Shown here: piece after piece, positions 1 to 13,902 of the stretch
Layout: each line of letters begins with the position of its first letter
Position numbering within the stretch: the stretch's first letter is position 1
NCBI GenBank assembly: GCA_977030845.1
Contig: OZ365116.1
Location: 4,216,001 to 4,280,000, forward strand
Origin: Fimbriosthenelais zetlandica
Lineage: Eukaryota
DNA: 64,000 nucleotides
Reading direction: 5' to 3'
The notes under the pieces: generated by a model
The model's input: only the letters and a program-made list of their open reading frames with translations
Told to the model about the DNA's origin: nothing
The model's database searches: none
Made by a program: the position numbers and the translations under genes

Positions 1-3000
1 TTTGTTACCCTCATGAAAAACAATCACAGCCTCCTTTGAGCTTCTGCAGGAACTGCTTTTCACGCTTGACACTTGTGAAAACTTTCGGTTTGATCCCAGA
101 GACACTGTTCATCAGTCAACTAGGGAATCTGAGAAGATTTTCATGAAGAAGCCAATTGTTGTACGGTATTAGAGATTACCGAAACAATACTTGATGTTTC
201 CTCCTCGTTACATTGCTGGTGGATTACTCTGTGTAGATCGACAATGAGGGATAATATAATGCCATGCTTCCCATCTCACTTATTAAACCACCGTCAACCT
301 CAGTGTCTCTTCTAAGCTCATTGCTGAATACCAGAGCATCACCGGAGACCCATTCAATAGAGATCGCGAGGACAGGAATATGATGAATGGCAAATTAATT
401 TGGTCTGTGGTCCCAGATATACCCTCCCCTGTTAGCTTATGTATTGTATTGAGTCCAGTGGGTATTGGCGAGGACAGAAGAATCAATTCCACCCTTTATG
501 AACGAGCCTTAGAAGCAACATTCTTATACCACAAGGGAAGCCAGGCACCAGACCAACTTAGAATAACCCCATAAGTAGTAGACATTGAGTGAATAGGGAG
601 GTGGGTTATGGGTAGGCGGCCACCAGCCAATGCTATAATCCAACCCTGGAGACTATAGCGTACAATGCCATACATCATTACACATAATTTACTACCTACC
701 TCGCCTTGAAGCTTTTATAAGCTATGATTATTCATATATAGGATGGTCCTTTGTCTATATGGCCTTCACTTGCTAGTGCTTCCCTTACAAAGCCTCAGCC
801 CATAGAAAGGGTAAGCCACTCTAAAAACCCTGGCTACTACATCCCTCCAAGAAAAAGAATGCCATTGGCAGGCAATTCACTAAAGCATAGGGCTATGCAA
901 AAGGCTGTTCCATTAATGGAAGCAGTGAAAAGTGCTGTGAAATCCTTTTTAGCCAGGTTGTTTTTTCTGGTTGGCAATCAGGTCTCTGACAAAAAGAAGC
1001 TCACCCTACGACCCCTTCCTGATCCCCTCCCACTGCGGATCTCTGTCAGTGCATCAATCAATGATCAACAACTATTCATGTCAACTCAAAGGAACCCCTT
1101 ATAGCCAGAGTTCCCCTCAGCTGTTTGTGGCTTTCTTTTGTGGCCCACATGAAGATGTTCCTAGCTTGGATAATAAGCCCCTGATTTTTGCACCAATTAA
1201 GCTTCTGTGGTGTGGGCTTGCCGCCAGAAAGTCGCCCGTGATGGCAACATGTCCCACAAACACTCCCCGCCATGAATAAACGCCAGCAGTTATTTATACT
1301 CATTTCACATTCACTTGCTCTTCTTTGGGGGATAAAAAACTTGAAACACAGGAGTACTTAACTCATCACAATATCATATTGCGTTATTACGCCTGTAGTT
1401 CTTAGATTTATGTCCATATTAATACAAAATATGCTGCTTTATAGGGGGATGCTTCTGTATTGAAATTAATGAGAAGTCAGCAATATTCTTGTCTACTGAT
1501 AATTGAGCTTGTACAAGCCGTTTCAGGTGAAGGCCCTCCACTTCCCATTAACACATTCATATATATACACTCCTCAGAGATATTTGTAACATATAATTAT
1601 GTGTCTGCTTCAATGCCTCCTTTAAATATAGAAAAACAGAACAGCAATTAAAAGAGGACAAGTTACTGGATATATATCACTTTGAAGTATGAGGAAAATC
1701 CTTATTTTTAATTGCAAGAGGAACAAAGCATTTGAGATAAGTATTTGGTCTGCAGAATGTTTTCTTCGAAATAACGACGGGTGTTCCACTAGTATGCTTC
1801 TGCTCACACTAAAACCAGCACTCCGATGCTGTGATTAAGCATACTGCGACAAATATTATGTTGATGTCCCAATGGAAAATGTGCCTTTGGTGGAACGACC
1901 TTGACCTTGGGCACCACAATTTATATAATTCATTGCGACACAAACGTCAACTTTGTGACAGTAGTGTCGCAAGCTAAATCGCAGCAGTGGAGTCCGGGCT
2001 TGTAGACAAGTAGTGATGGTAGTATTGATTGAATTATATGTAGCCTGCCTACAAGGTCATCCCAGTATATATAGTGGGAACACTGAGTTGAAGCCATTGA
2101 CCTTTGTTGAGGTATATATAATGGAATTAATGACAATAGGCGATAGGGTGGGACACCTTGCACACAATACATGAGCCTTACATTATTCCTCCACCAGTTT
2201 ACCTCCATACTAGCCTTGTTTCTCCTTCAAGCGTTCGGTGAACTCTCACCTCAATGGCTGCTATACTTCATTCATACATAGAACCTTTAAGAAAAGCCAT
2301 GACTATACCGCAAAAACATCTCTCCTCTTTTAACCAGGAGCTATTATGTCTGCGCCTATTCAATCACCGCTTTTACCTGTAATCCTCCTCATGCAATTAT
2401 CCCCAAATCATGGAGATTCTATCTCCATGTCTGTATTATCATATACCTGTGATATTTACCTGCAAACGGTGAGGCTAAATACGACAAAAAGTTTAAGCAT
2501 ATTTGGCAAAATCCTCACTTTCCCTGGAGCAAGTTCTCGGTCTCTCAGGACCGGTCGGGATTGCATGCTCAAATCCCTAAGAAAAAACAACAAATTCATG
2601 ATACTTTTTTACAGGCTATAGTGAACAGCTGTGTTTACTGTGAGGATAATGACCCATTAGATCAGTGATGGTCTTTTCATGCCGCACGAGAAATAAATAA
2701 AGAGATAACTAATGATTCAAATCCCTTAAAGCAATGGTAGGTGTTGCTATCTACCTAATCACTGTGTTAATTGTGAATTAACTACTGTTAATGTGTCAAC
2801 AGGACATAAACATGCTCAATTTTTTTTTGCAGTTCTTGTAAGAACTGGCTTTGTAAGATTTCTCATCCTCCGAATTTCTCATCGTATTATCGCGATTTTC
2901 ATGTTATATGGGCCTGATATACGTTTAGACTTGATAAATAAGGTCTGATATATGGCCTAGTTGATATTATAACCTCAGGGTCAAGCTTGTGGTCTCTAGT

Positions 3001-3197
3001 AGATCCCACAGAAAGCTAAGGTCAGCTGGTGTTATTTACATACTTCACTTTTTCCCACTGAATCATCATCATTAATGCTCCCCACCAGGCATTGTCCAGG
3101 TGTGGCCGACAAATGTGGAAGATTCCTCTCTCTATATGTAACATGTACAGGTCCACCCAGGGCCAGTTTGGCCACCTCTCCTCACTGACCCAAGGCA

Positions 3198-3225
3198 GCA
3201 GTCTTACTGTGGCAGTCTTACTGTG
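3198..3225. repeat. 14-bp perfect tandem duplication
   Basis: GCAGTCTTACTGTG twice. Confidence 0.85.
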
Positions 3226-6200
3226 TATTGTAGCTCACGAACCTCAGTCTTTGTGGCTTTATTATGAACATACACTGGTGAAGGACCACGCCTTCCGGCC
3301 CCATGACTCATTATCTGCATTAAAACTGCCCTACATATCACTCAGCATATACTATTGACCTATATTATTTAATGAAAAAGTATACTGGGAACCAAAATAC
3401 AGCCCTGCATTATGAATGGAGTCTCTCTGCTATGGCTGTACTCAATATTTTTGAGTACTCATATTTTTCCTTTTATTGGAGAGATGAATGACGTTCTGTG
3501 TTGTAAATTACACCCCAGGGACGGCTAAGTGAGGCGGCAAACCATAGGTGTAAATTGAAACTGAAGCATGTAACTGAACAGTTATTAGTCATGTCAGCCT
3601 TGGCCTTTGATAAATGTCTTTGGTGAACCAGAAAATTGACCTCTTTGTCCTTGTGGACAACTTTACAGTGAAGACCAGGATTGATAGAGCTATAGGCTAT
3701 GTTCTCTTTATGATGTATCATCAAACCGTGCAATAATTAGATACCTACAAGTGATCAATGGTTAGTGACCAATACAACAAATCGTTTTCCTCACTCGCTC
3801 CAGGCTTAGCTATGCATGGCAGAATCCCCTCAAGCCTGGAAGGTAACAAACGTCACACCTTGGCTGGTTGAGCCCTTTGGTGCCATGACATGCGTTTGAT
3901 TGATACATTCAGATTATTGAACCTTGGAAATAAGCTCAGTGATGTGTGAATGCACGCTTGCCATGGATGGCAATGATCTTCACTTTGTATTGCCACCAAA
4001 ACTGCATAATGTATAACCTCTGGGACGTTACAATTCTGGTGAATAGCTAATGTTACACCTTGATGCGGTCGGAAGCCATTCCCTTTTGTTGAGACTTTAT
4101 AAAAGAGCTGATGCATTATTAAACATCCTTTATTAGGGTATGCTGTAGGCCCTGGGTGAGGCTTTTCAGTCGTATGCAGATTAAGTATGGATTGATGGAA
4201 CGTAAGCCTCATACGTACACTACCCCCAGGCTGACTCTGTAAATCTCTGGGGAGAAATGCTCAAAGACGCTGGCCAGTTATTGCCGGGCAACTAATGGAT
4301 TTTGGTGTATGAACAACAGTGGTATAGGTCCCGTTTGGCTGGCTTTATGTACACCAGAGCACCCCTATGGTCTACATTTCCTGCTCACTTGGTGCATGTA
4401 AATGCCAATAAAGATGTAGTCAAGGATCAGTAGCGCTGCCATAGATTGCAGTACATATTCCCAAACCAGGAATGCTGCCAATAAATATAGCAAACCTCAA
4501 CGCAATGTTATGGTTTTGAGGTACTTGGCTGTGTGTTTATACACACCCGATCAATGATTGATCTGGTATCGGTTGTTCTGATGATCGCCTGGTTTTTGTG
4601 TCACGCACAGTCAGTAAATATAATGGAGCACAATGGCCGAGTATGACATTCTGTGTGAGGCCCTTCATGTTTTAAGGAGCATAATACCATTTCTGATGGT
4701 GGGGCAAAGCAAGCCCATTAGGCGGGCCGAGCCACACACGCCCTCCATTCCCCACATATACTGATTACTCCCTCCTATAAAGGATCCAAAGGGATTGCGG
4801 CATTACTCAAATATAGGCCCTTTACAACGATGGCAATATAAGGCTTTTCTCCCCAAAGCCCAGGCACGATTCCCCAACTACTGCTATTGGTGGCCATAGA
4901 GAAATGAAACCTGTGAAATATGCCTCCTTTTAAGCCTTCACTGGAAGTAAACTTCCCCCAGATGAATGAGTGAAAAGTATTTTATTTACACCCAGGCCTG
5001 ATGCATGACAGTTGCTCCTCCTGCCTGCTTGTATGTACTCTATGGTATTTCCCGTCTTCTTTTTGATGCCAGTACACTCTTGACAAAGCCTCCCTTTATA
5101 TCCAGCCCACTATTATTTAGTCACTGTTGGTGCAACAGGCAATGATATGGGTAAAAAAATATGATGGTGGCCTTTTCAAACCTGTATATAATATGGATGT
5201 CTTAGAGTGGATGTTAAGATGGTGACAAACAGAGTACCTGGGTGAAGGATATTGTATTTAACATTACTATTGACACATCCACTCATAACCCCAGCAAGGC
5301 CCCCCTACACCAATATGAACTCATGTTACAAAAGCATTTGTTTTAATAGAATTGGAGCATAACGATTCATGCCAATCTGCACCCAAATTACTGTTAAAAT
5401 CACATCCTTCGGAGGTGATTTACTTTTAAAATTGAAATGAGATATCGAGCCGAACTTAATTAAACAATGTTTATAGAGGAAATGAAGGGGCTATGTCTAT
5501 ATTTAACATTAATCAGAAACTATACATATTCGTCAACCTGTCAGTATGTTCTATAACCGTATTTTACCTCACATCTTGTGCATTTTTCTCAGCCTCTAAC
5601 CGTTTAATCAAACTGTCTCTAAATATGAACGCCTGACTTGATCATTATACTTAACAGGCCATGGCGCCTCCATATCTCATCCCCCTCTCAATAATCATAA
5701 CGACATGTATATTGTAATGATTAACAGATTCATGATTATATACATGATCGAGTGATCACCTGTCGATTCATACAATGTTAAACATACATTAATATTGTAT
5801 CCATCTCTCACGTCCCACCATCTATTGACCACCATGTATATGAGGTGTAAGGACCCATTCACGCCTGATATGATCATTCATGATATCTGTCTTTTCTTTT
5901 GATCCTTCACCAATGGGCCTCGGGTGGTTCAGGCTAGATCCAATACATACACACTAAATGGACTCTCTGCGCCTGTATATACATTAAGTGGTAAATCATG
6001 TACATACATATGGCTGAATTATAACCTGTATGGGTGAGTATCTCCAGGGGCGTCTATACATGCCAACTGTGTGATGAACATGCTCCACAAATCAATGTGA
6101 CAAAAGATAATATTATGTTATTGAATCAATTATTACCCGTGACATTTGTTTTTCGTATTACACTATGCCTTGAACAGACCTGAGTGTTTTTGTGAGGTCG

Positions 6201-9200
6201 TGGTCGTGACACAGGCGATTTTTAGACCCACCCACCTTGGTCAGATCTGTCCCTTTGAACACCACTGCCGAGAGGGAGTGCCTAAATGAAGCAAACGCAT
6301 CTAGCCTTTGCAGCTCGATTCGAAAACCGAATTGTCCCGCTCAATAGCTGTTTTTGAACTCACATGAAGGAAAACGCAAGAGATCGGAGACGTTTGCAGT
6401 CTGTTACAGGCTTTAGAATACAATGGGGGCGACCGATCCTGTGAAGAATTGCTGGAGAATAGGCCATGAACTAGATTGTTGTCAGCCAGGTGTCTGTTGA
6501 CATCCTGTCTTTGCCACAATAAATATTATGACAAGATCTGTAATGAGGGAATCGTTTAATTCTATACCTCTATATTAGAGCGATCTCTGATAAGATTAGG
6601 CCTACAATGTCATATCTTACAGATAGAGATAATACCAAAACAATGATTAAAATCTGGGAAATCTGCCCTATTTGGGTATACCCTTAAAGAGCTACCATTT
6701 AAATTTTTCTCGTATCACTCTGTAGTGAATTAATTGGGCTTTATTTATGCTCTATGTATCTCCCGGTGGCTATACATCTTTCTGTATAATTGGAGTTGTT
6801 TGATGTTTGTGTGGGCCCTAGGTACTCTCTTCTGATTTATGAGTTTTTCCTTTGTCACAATTGGCCTTCTACCCAGACTAATAACTCCTGACCCTCTATA
6901 TCTAGTCATGGAGAGGGTGAATGACTTACGGAGCAGCGGTGAATTAAAGGTTAACTTGCTCATCCTATGATAACTTGTACGAGCCCTGTATGCACCATGC
7001 TGAACGACTGGCTAATTAGCCTACAAGAGAAATCTGGCTTTATTACCTTTATGTTCACTGCTGTAACAACTTTATGGAACGCCGAAGCGACTGATCTTTG
7101 GCGTAGCCAGTCTATACCGAATTAACTTCTGGTATATATTTCGGTTGCCAGGTAATTCTCACACTCCTGCCAATTGTGAGCCGCCATGTTGTGTTCCATG
7201 TGTGAACGACTTGGTGTTTATTTCTCAACTCCTGATGATTTGTTTCAAACAGACTCTGCCTTGTTTCATCTCTCAGGTATAGCGAATTGTTACGTCAAGA
7301 TGAAAGCATCTTAAATATTATTCTCTCTTCCCCCCTCGGGTGAAAGACAGGCATCTGTACGAGCCCTGTAGCTATCTGATCTACAGTACTTTATAAATGA
7401 GCATCTTTATGTCCTGGGGAGGGGAAGGCAGAAACGTCTTGCCTACCAACACCTCCACCTAACACCTGCCTCAAACCTTTACACCTTTCTTTACCTTCAT
7501 AAGATTGCATAACTAGCTACAGGTAATAGGTCTCGCATTCATTAGAGACATGCTACCTTGAGACATCTTTAGTCTTTGATATCAAAGGATGCTATCACGC
7601 CTGCGGAGCAGAGTTTAGATGAGAAATAACATATATATATAGTGATTAGTGACAAAGGAAGCCAGTATAAGTGAATGTCGATAGTGAAGCGTGTTTGTAT
7701 CACTAAGAGTGGAATCACCGCCTCTTGGCATGGGGCCCTTTCAGGCCTATCACTATTTATGATGGATTACCATTGAGAGGACAGAGCCTGTGCTTTGCCA
7801 GGGTCACCGCTTGGCCATTACCTGCGGCTACCTGAGTGAGATAGCATTCATTACCATGTCTCCAAACACTGCTGGCACCCACTGGAACTGTGAAAATGTT
7901 TTATACAACTTTCTTCTGTTTTTATCCAGCCTTACCTTTCAAGGGATTCATTCATTTCACTATGGGAGATGTTGATATATCATAATTAATTCCATGATTT
8001 CCCTACCAGCGGCAATCACTATTTGTTTTAATTGTGGGATTAGATACCTACCTACATGTCTCATTAATAAATAGGTATGTAGACAAATCCATATGGTAAA
8101 TGTGGGAATGTTTTGAGGTGTAATTATCATGTTTTACTATAGATAATCTACCTGTCATTATTGGTACATTATTTCCTCCATTTTGACAGGACCATTATTT
8201 TTCCCCAGGTCCTCCAGTCATGCCAAACCCCTCTTCTATGTTACCATCACTCATTATGTTGTTCTTACCTAGACATTATTATAATGTATAGTTATTTTCT
8301 CCTTGGTTGCTTTATGTAAGTTACTGAATATAATAAGAAGCAAATAGTATAAATGACCGTAGTTGTGTCTGCGACATTCCACCCAAATCTAAAAAATGAC
8401 AAATGAGTATTATTGGACCTTGGTCGAAAGTGTGGCCAAGTGCTTCACACAATCTTGTAGTTACATGTATTGGATGGCATATCACAGTAATAGTTGTAAA
8501 ATAATAAAAGAAAATATTAAAAAACTTAAGTAATTTATTATCATATATTCTTTAAGTAGTTCTCAAATCTGAAGTATACAAGTCATAGCATAGGATGATG
8601 GACTGTTTTAGTAGTTTGACATGAATGTGGCAGTAGTAGGCCTATCATTCAGCCAGCATTATGCAGTGTAGGTGAGGCCGTATACATGCATGATGAGGTC
8701 TCATTAATACCTGGTGCTTTCAAGTGTTGGTAGATGACATAATTAGCGGGAGTCACCTCTGTCAGGCCTTCTCACCTCTACCACCATCCTCCATGTAAAT
8801 CATGTAGACCACTCTCACCTATAACGTGTCCTACATTCCAACCAGAGGTGAACATTCATGGCTAGCTTTATCTCTCCCCAATAATTCCTCCCACCAGTTC
8901 TACCTAATATCATACAGCTGTCATCTTGATATTTTATTTAGAGAAACTAGGCATAACACCAATTGGCTATTCATTATGGTTGCATGTCTGCAAGAGACAG
9001 TTGTAAAAAGTCATTTTTCACGGATGAAATTGCTGTCATCTGAACGTATATTTTATCCCCTGAAATTTTTCCAAGAACAGTAATTGTCCCCCATATGTCG
9101 AGATATGGACTAGAGATTCTGTTGTGAGGATTTGCGTTTGTAAACATGCTCTCATGCAATTTATGGGATATGCTGAATAGCTATGATGAATGAAGAGTAC

Positions 9201-9375
9201 TTATACAGTCAAGTTGATAGACATCCCACCCTCCCTGCCTGACGATTATCAAAACTAAAACCCCAAGGCACCGTCTCAGCCTTCTTTTAATGCCTCTAAT
9301 TGACAGAGAAGCCTGACATCCTATATACACCTTTCATGTCTACCAAATGATTGATTAAGACTTGTCTTTCTGTAT

Positions 9376-9448
9376 CTAACAACTTTGTCTTTTTCTTTTG
9401 CAGGTAAGCTCAAACATTGATTGAAAATATGACTGCTTAAGGGTGAGT
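9376..9448 (+). other. Recursive splice site RS1 with 39-nt cryptic RS-exon (9404-9442)
   Basis: CTAAC branch point at 9376-9380, then AACTTTGTCTTTTTCTTTTGCAG|GTAAGC (junction 9403/9404). Second donor AAGG|GTGAGT at 9443. Confidence 0.8.
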
Positions 9449-9719
9449 CCGACAAAAATATTTCCAATTACCTTTCGGTTCAGAATTGGAAAAGTCCATT
9501 TAGATTTTTAAATCCATTTGTTTGCAAACTGTGTCTGTTTTAAGTGTCTTTTCCGGATAAATCTCCAGCCCACCCTTGAGTTTACTTAAGTGTCTCGATA
9601 GAAGAACAAATGCAAAGATCAAACCTCAAAGTGGGCTCAGATCCCACTAGAGATTCTGCGTTTCCCGACCCATGTGGAAGCATCAAGTGCTTGTCCTGCC
9701 TTCCCTGACCTTCCCTCTA

Positions 9720-9960
9720 CACCTCAATGTAGAGTTAGTCACACACGTCTCTCCTCTCCGGGATTATCAGCTTTAAATCTCATAACCAGGGTCAATATTA
9801 GCCTTCTATGGAGAGGTGTGTCCTCCCTGCCCTCAAGGATTCTCAATCTGTCCGGGTGAGGCATCTCTCCTGTGTGCAGAGAGTAAAGATCGACGTCCAG
9901 TTGAAATTGTTGGTGTCTTTGAGTTCAGGAGGTGAGGGACCTAGAGTTAAACACCCCCTG
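9720..9960 (-). mobile_element. Possible LINE endonuclease-RT linker relic
   Basis: The - strand reads ...NFNWTSIF...PWL*DLKLIIPERR, loosely like the CR1 linker (IDW...PWxTxEIKKLIRxK). Weak. Confidence 0.2.
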
Positions 9961-10721
9961 TGTTTGTCTAGAGGTCATCCAGGTCAATATTGGCTTTGAG
10001 GGCATTGTTCAGCCTACTGACCAGGACAGATTGGTCAGTCTCTGGAATGTGTACCCAGAAGGAAGGCCTTTGACCATTGAGTAATGCTTGGCAATGGTCA
10101 GCATTATGAAGGATACGGAACCTGATGTTGACCGACTAGAACCCATGTCTCATGCCCTGTAGACCAGGCACGGCTGTATAGGTGATCAGGGGCAGTAGTT
10201 GCCATGTTTGCCTCTGTTCCATGTTAAGTGTCAGGGGTAGATGACAAGGGTTTAATCAGGACCTTGTATGCTCAACAGTACAGGTGTTCATGTATAGAAT
10301 GCATAAATCAGTAAGCAACACACCCTTCATACTGAAAATAACCTATATGTATGTCCCAGGAAACTAATACATTTTGCCCATTGTACTTAGGTTTATTAAA
10401 TTTTCATTGCCATCTTCTAGTGCCGATGAGCAGGAGTAAATGAAATACGCTTTGCGTGAATATGGCAATTACTTTAATGTGTATAGGTAGACTATAGACG
10501 TGCCTGGTGCTCCATTGTACATAATTCTGCTAAAATTGTATGTAGATGTACTCCATGCACTTCTATTTTCTGTTCTATGCTTCTCCCTGAGTTTTATAAT
10601 AATTTTGTCTTTGGAAACAGCTCAGTGAGGTAATGATTTGTCTGTATTGAAGTCTGGGTGTTGTTTTTATTGTATAGTGATCATTATATCTCATCCTCTC
10701 CTTCCTTTCTAATGATGTCCA

Positions 10722-10790
10722 TGGGGCTCAGCTGGGGAAGCGAGTAAACAGAATGTGGTGCCAAGCACCGAAACAGGTTCGAAAGGCCCG
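10722..10790 (+). mobile_element. Possible degenerate tRNA-derived SINE head
   Basis: A-box-like GGCTCAGCTGG (10725-10735) and partial B-box GGTTCGAA (10776-10783) at tRNA-like spacing. No cloverleaf. Confidence 0.28.
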
Positions 10791-11479
10791 TAAAAACAAA
10801 CTATGATGTATGGGGATTATAACCGGTACACACTCGGTCGATTTTTTCATCAGCAGAAATCTATTATTCTAATTACCCACAGTTATCTGTTACCATTCAT
10901 AAGCTGATTGATATGTAATCAAATTAACTTCTTTGGGTGGAATTCGCATTAAGACATTAGAAAGTGAACATAGATCACTTATAGGTGCATATCGACTAGA
11001 TCTAGGGGTATCGGGGGTATAAACCCAGCTAGGGTGTGGCTGGGTAAAAATCAGGAGGAAAACATTATAGCCCTATTTTTATATTTATTCAGCTTTCTGG
11101 GGTTTAGCCCGCAGCTGTCTTATCTCAGGGCAGCCAGTGTATTTATACGCGTCTGTGCTAGCACCACATACACTCTGTACGATGTCACTCTCACTGACTG
11201 CCTCCATCCAGTAATGTGTAAATTTGAATTTAAGAGGCAAATTTAATCAAAGAAAAAAGCCAGGATGGTATAATAGGGAGTCGCCATTGGGGAGTTTCTA
11301 TAGGTTGGTTTAATGAATTGAAGTCAGTGATGTGAATGGCCTGACTTCATCTGTCCCTAGTCAGCCCCCTTATCTCTACCGACCAATGTGTGCTACCTGT
11401 CCACAGGGTTTAACAATGCTTATCATCAAATCCTGAATAGTTATCATCTACAACTTGGACGTACACTGCTCTTCAACAG

Positions 11480-11790
11480 TTTCCTTCCCAATCAAAAATG
11501 CTGATGGCATTCTGAAGTAATTTGGATTCCTTTGTTCCTGCTAAGATGGGGGCTATGACAGATCTGTAGGGCTGGAGAATGGCATCAAGATGTTTATTGA
11601 TGTGACTGTTGCCTCATTGGAATTAAATTCTTTATGTACTGCCATGGTCATATTAGGAGGGTGTACGGTATAGTCTTAATGGAGTGTTGTCTGGGTAGAC
11701 CCTCCCCGTCTTTCAATCTCTGTCTCTGTCTTGGGCAACACGTCTGTCACAGCAAGGGTGCGAGGACTATAGGGTGTCACTGAGGGATAC
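11480..11790 (-). mobile_element. Decayed LINE apurinic endonuclease (APE) domain fragment, CR1/L2-like
   Basis: The - strand reads YSPRTLAVTDVLPK (compare xxPDIIAITEVLPK). YRS and FDWE occur downstream in another frame (compare IYRSP and IDWE). Interrupted by stops. Confidence 0.4.
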
Positions 11791-11952
11791 AATGGGCAAA
11801 AACCTGCATGTTTTTATGCCTTGTTTTGGGCGTAATAGTGTTCTGTTTTTCTCATTTGGCACTTTTTGGTTGTCAAACGTAGTACAATGCTTTGTGTGGA
11901 GTATCTTAGAGCAATGAGTAAGTTACAATGTGAGAGGTAAATCATGGTAGAT

Positions 11953-12062
11953 GGGACATTATGAGTGCTTTATTGTATAGTGATAAGGCTTTGGTTGGTT
12001 ATGTATGTGGGACATATGATGAGTGCCACATTAGTAGTGATACAGGCATTCTGTTATGTAGG
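11953..12062. repeat. Diverged 56-bp tandem duplication
   Basis: GGGACAT..ATGAGTGC..AGTGATA..GGC.TT..GTTATGTA occurs at 11953 and at 12009. Confidence 0.7.
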
Positions 12063-13860
12063 TTGCCGGACTATTTGCCTCCGGCTCGTACTAACCTTCT
12101 TTATAACAGATCTTATCTCCTCAATAAGAACTGGCTTGAGAATTTATAATGAACTTCATATCAGTCAAAATCTGGAATAGCTTTGAAATATTCCCCCCTT
12201 GATAACTCCTCAACGAGCCATAATTACTGGCAATTACGGCAATTAAGCAATTACATGTGAAGCTCCTTCTACAAGCAGCAGGCATTCACATTGTGCGGGG
12301 AGTCTTTATAAAATTCTCCGGGGAACATTTTTGCCACGCCTCCTTTCTGCTCCTCAAAAAAGAAAAGACTATATATGAAAGAATCTATACGACCCGAGGG
12401 TACTTGCCTTTTTCAACTTTATATGCATTGCTGGAGCCACTTTAAATTTTCTCTTGACACAAAATCGATTGCTTATCTTGATGTATTGTTGCAGGCATGT
12501 TGGGGGGAAGAGTTCCATGCCCCGTCTGCCACCTTCCCCCGCTCACAACCCATGCAGGCATGGTAAGAGGCCAGCCCGGAGTTGAACCCTCCATTGCCTC
12601 CGCCCTTCTTTTACAAAATAATTCTCGGGTCATTGATGCATGCATTGAACTGGGGCTGTTTTTGACAGTAGGGAGCATAGTACAATCAACACAAAAATAG
12701 GAATGAGCAAGTGGAAAAAATCCTGAAAGGAAGGAGTAACTGATCCATCAAAATGATCTATATGCCGGTCTACTTTGGTCTCAACTTTTGACACCATTCC
12801 TGAACAATTGATCTAAAGAAGAGAACTGTGCAAAGTTCTGCGTGCCTTGTTTTTGATGATTGAATGGATGATTAATCTAGAGGGTTGAATATATCTCGTC
12901 TCTGTGACTGGATGGAGTGTTGTAGCATTCCTACTCAGAACCTGACCCAGAGGATCAAGGATTGAATGACTCGACTAAATTTTACATGAAAGCCAGCATA
13001 TGAAGGAAGGCCTGGCTTATTTATATCACATTTCAACTCCCCTTTCATTGAAAAATCCTCCGACAACAAACTTATGAGTTATCCACTTTATGATTTATTT
13101 TGATTATTGGGACAGGAAAGGGAGATACAAACTTCTGTATGTGACCAGTACTATGTAAGCTTCCTTCATGTCTATTAAAGGTCAATGACTTACTCAATCT
13201 GAAACATAATATAATTATATATCACTCTAGTTAATTTCTTTTAAATTTTGAAGTCTTTGCAGAGAGAATATCGCTTAAGAAAGAAAGCAAATCCAAATGA
13301 ATGCAATGGTGGTTTGAAGCCGATAAAGAACAAAATAAAAACATCAGTATGCGGATGGCCCCATGAATGAACTGTCCAAGCCAGGCCAATTTTTATTAGC
13401 AATCGGACACCGATTGATTACCTTTTTATTATGTAATATTCATCAGGTAATTAAATCTCTTATTAAATTGTATTTTTTAAGGTAGCGTACAGGTAATTAG
13501 TACACGCAAGTTTGAGTGAATTGAAGGGGATATGCTGCATTATGTTGTAATGCGACTTCGTTCTGAATTCACAATGAAGCATTTAACTGGACAAAAATGT
13601 TTTTTTCCATGTTTAAACCAGATACTCTAATGTAAATTGTAGAATGGCCCCTGGGCCTCCAGGGTCTCTTTCTTCAGTTAATGTAGAGGTAGTTTGAAAT
13701 TGGCTTCAACTTATGCTGCGCTGGGAGATCATTACCAAAAAAAACGTTAAAAACAAAATTCATATTATCTCACCAACTGCTGAGGGGCGTCATTTTAATG
13801 AAAGAGCCCACAAAAACTACATGTGGGCGTACCGTGACATGTCCATTGTGTGATCGTTTA

Positions 13861-13902
13861 GATACATGTTATGATACATGTTATGATACATGTTATGATA
13901 CA
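13861..13902. repeat. 12-bp tandem repeat (3.5 copies)
   Basis: GATACATGTTAT three times, then GATACA. Confidence 0.9.

Noticed and set aside
2454-2480. - strand CAG|GTAAAT, the best ratchet-like site I saw on that strand
   Set aside because: Non-GTRAG donor and a short mixed pyrimidine tract; much weaker than RS1-4.
5393-5420. Imperfect hairpin with a cUUCGg loop
   Set aside because: Bulged short stem and no RNA-gene context; chance-level.
7930-8074. 145-nt exon candidate with a strong acceptor and AG|GTATGT donor
   Set aside because: Stops in all frames and no further support; likely a pseudo-exon.
9183-9242. C-box ATGATGA with downstream CTGA (possible C/D snoRNA)
   Set aside because: No terminal stem or recognisable guide sequence.
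11883-11917. 35-nt exon candidate ending TGA|GTAAGT
   Set aside because: Poor acceptor-proximal bases (CAAACGTAG) and frameshifting; chance-level.
12571-12591. - strand B-box GGTTCAACTCC
   Set aside because: No A-box at suitable distance and no tRNA fold.
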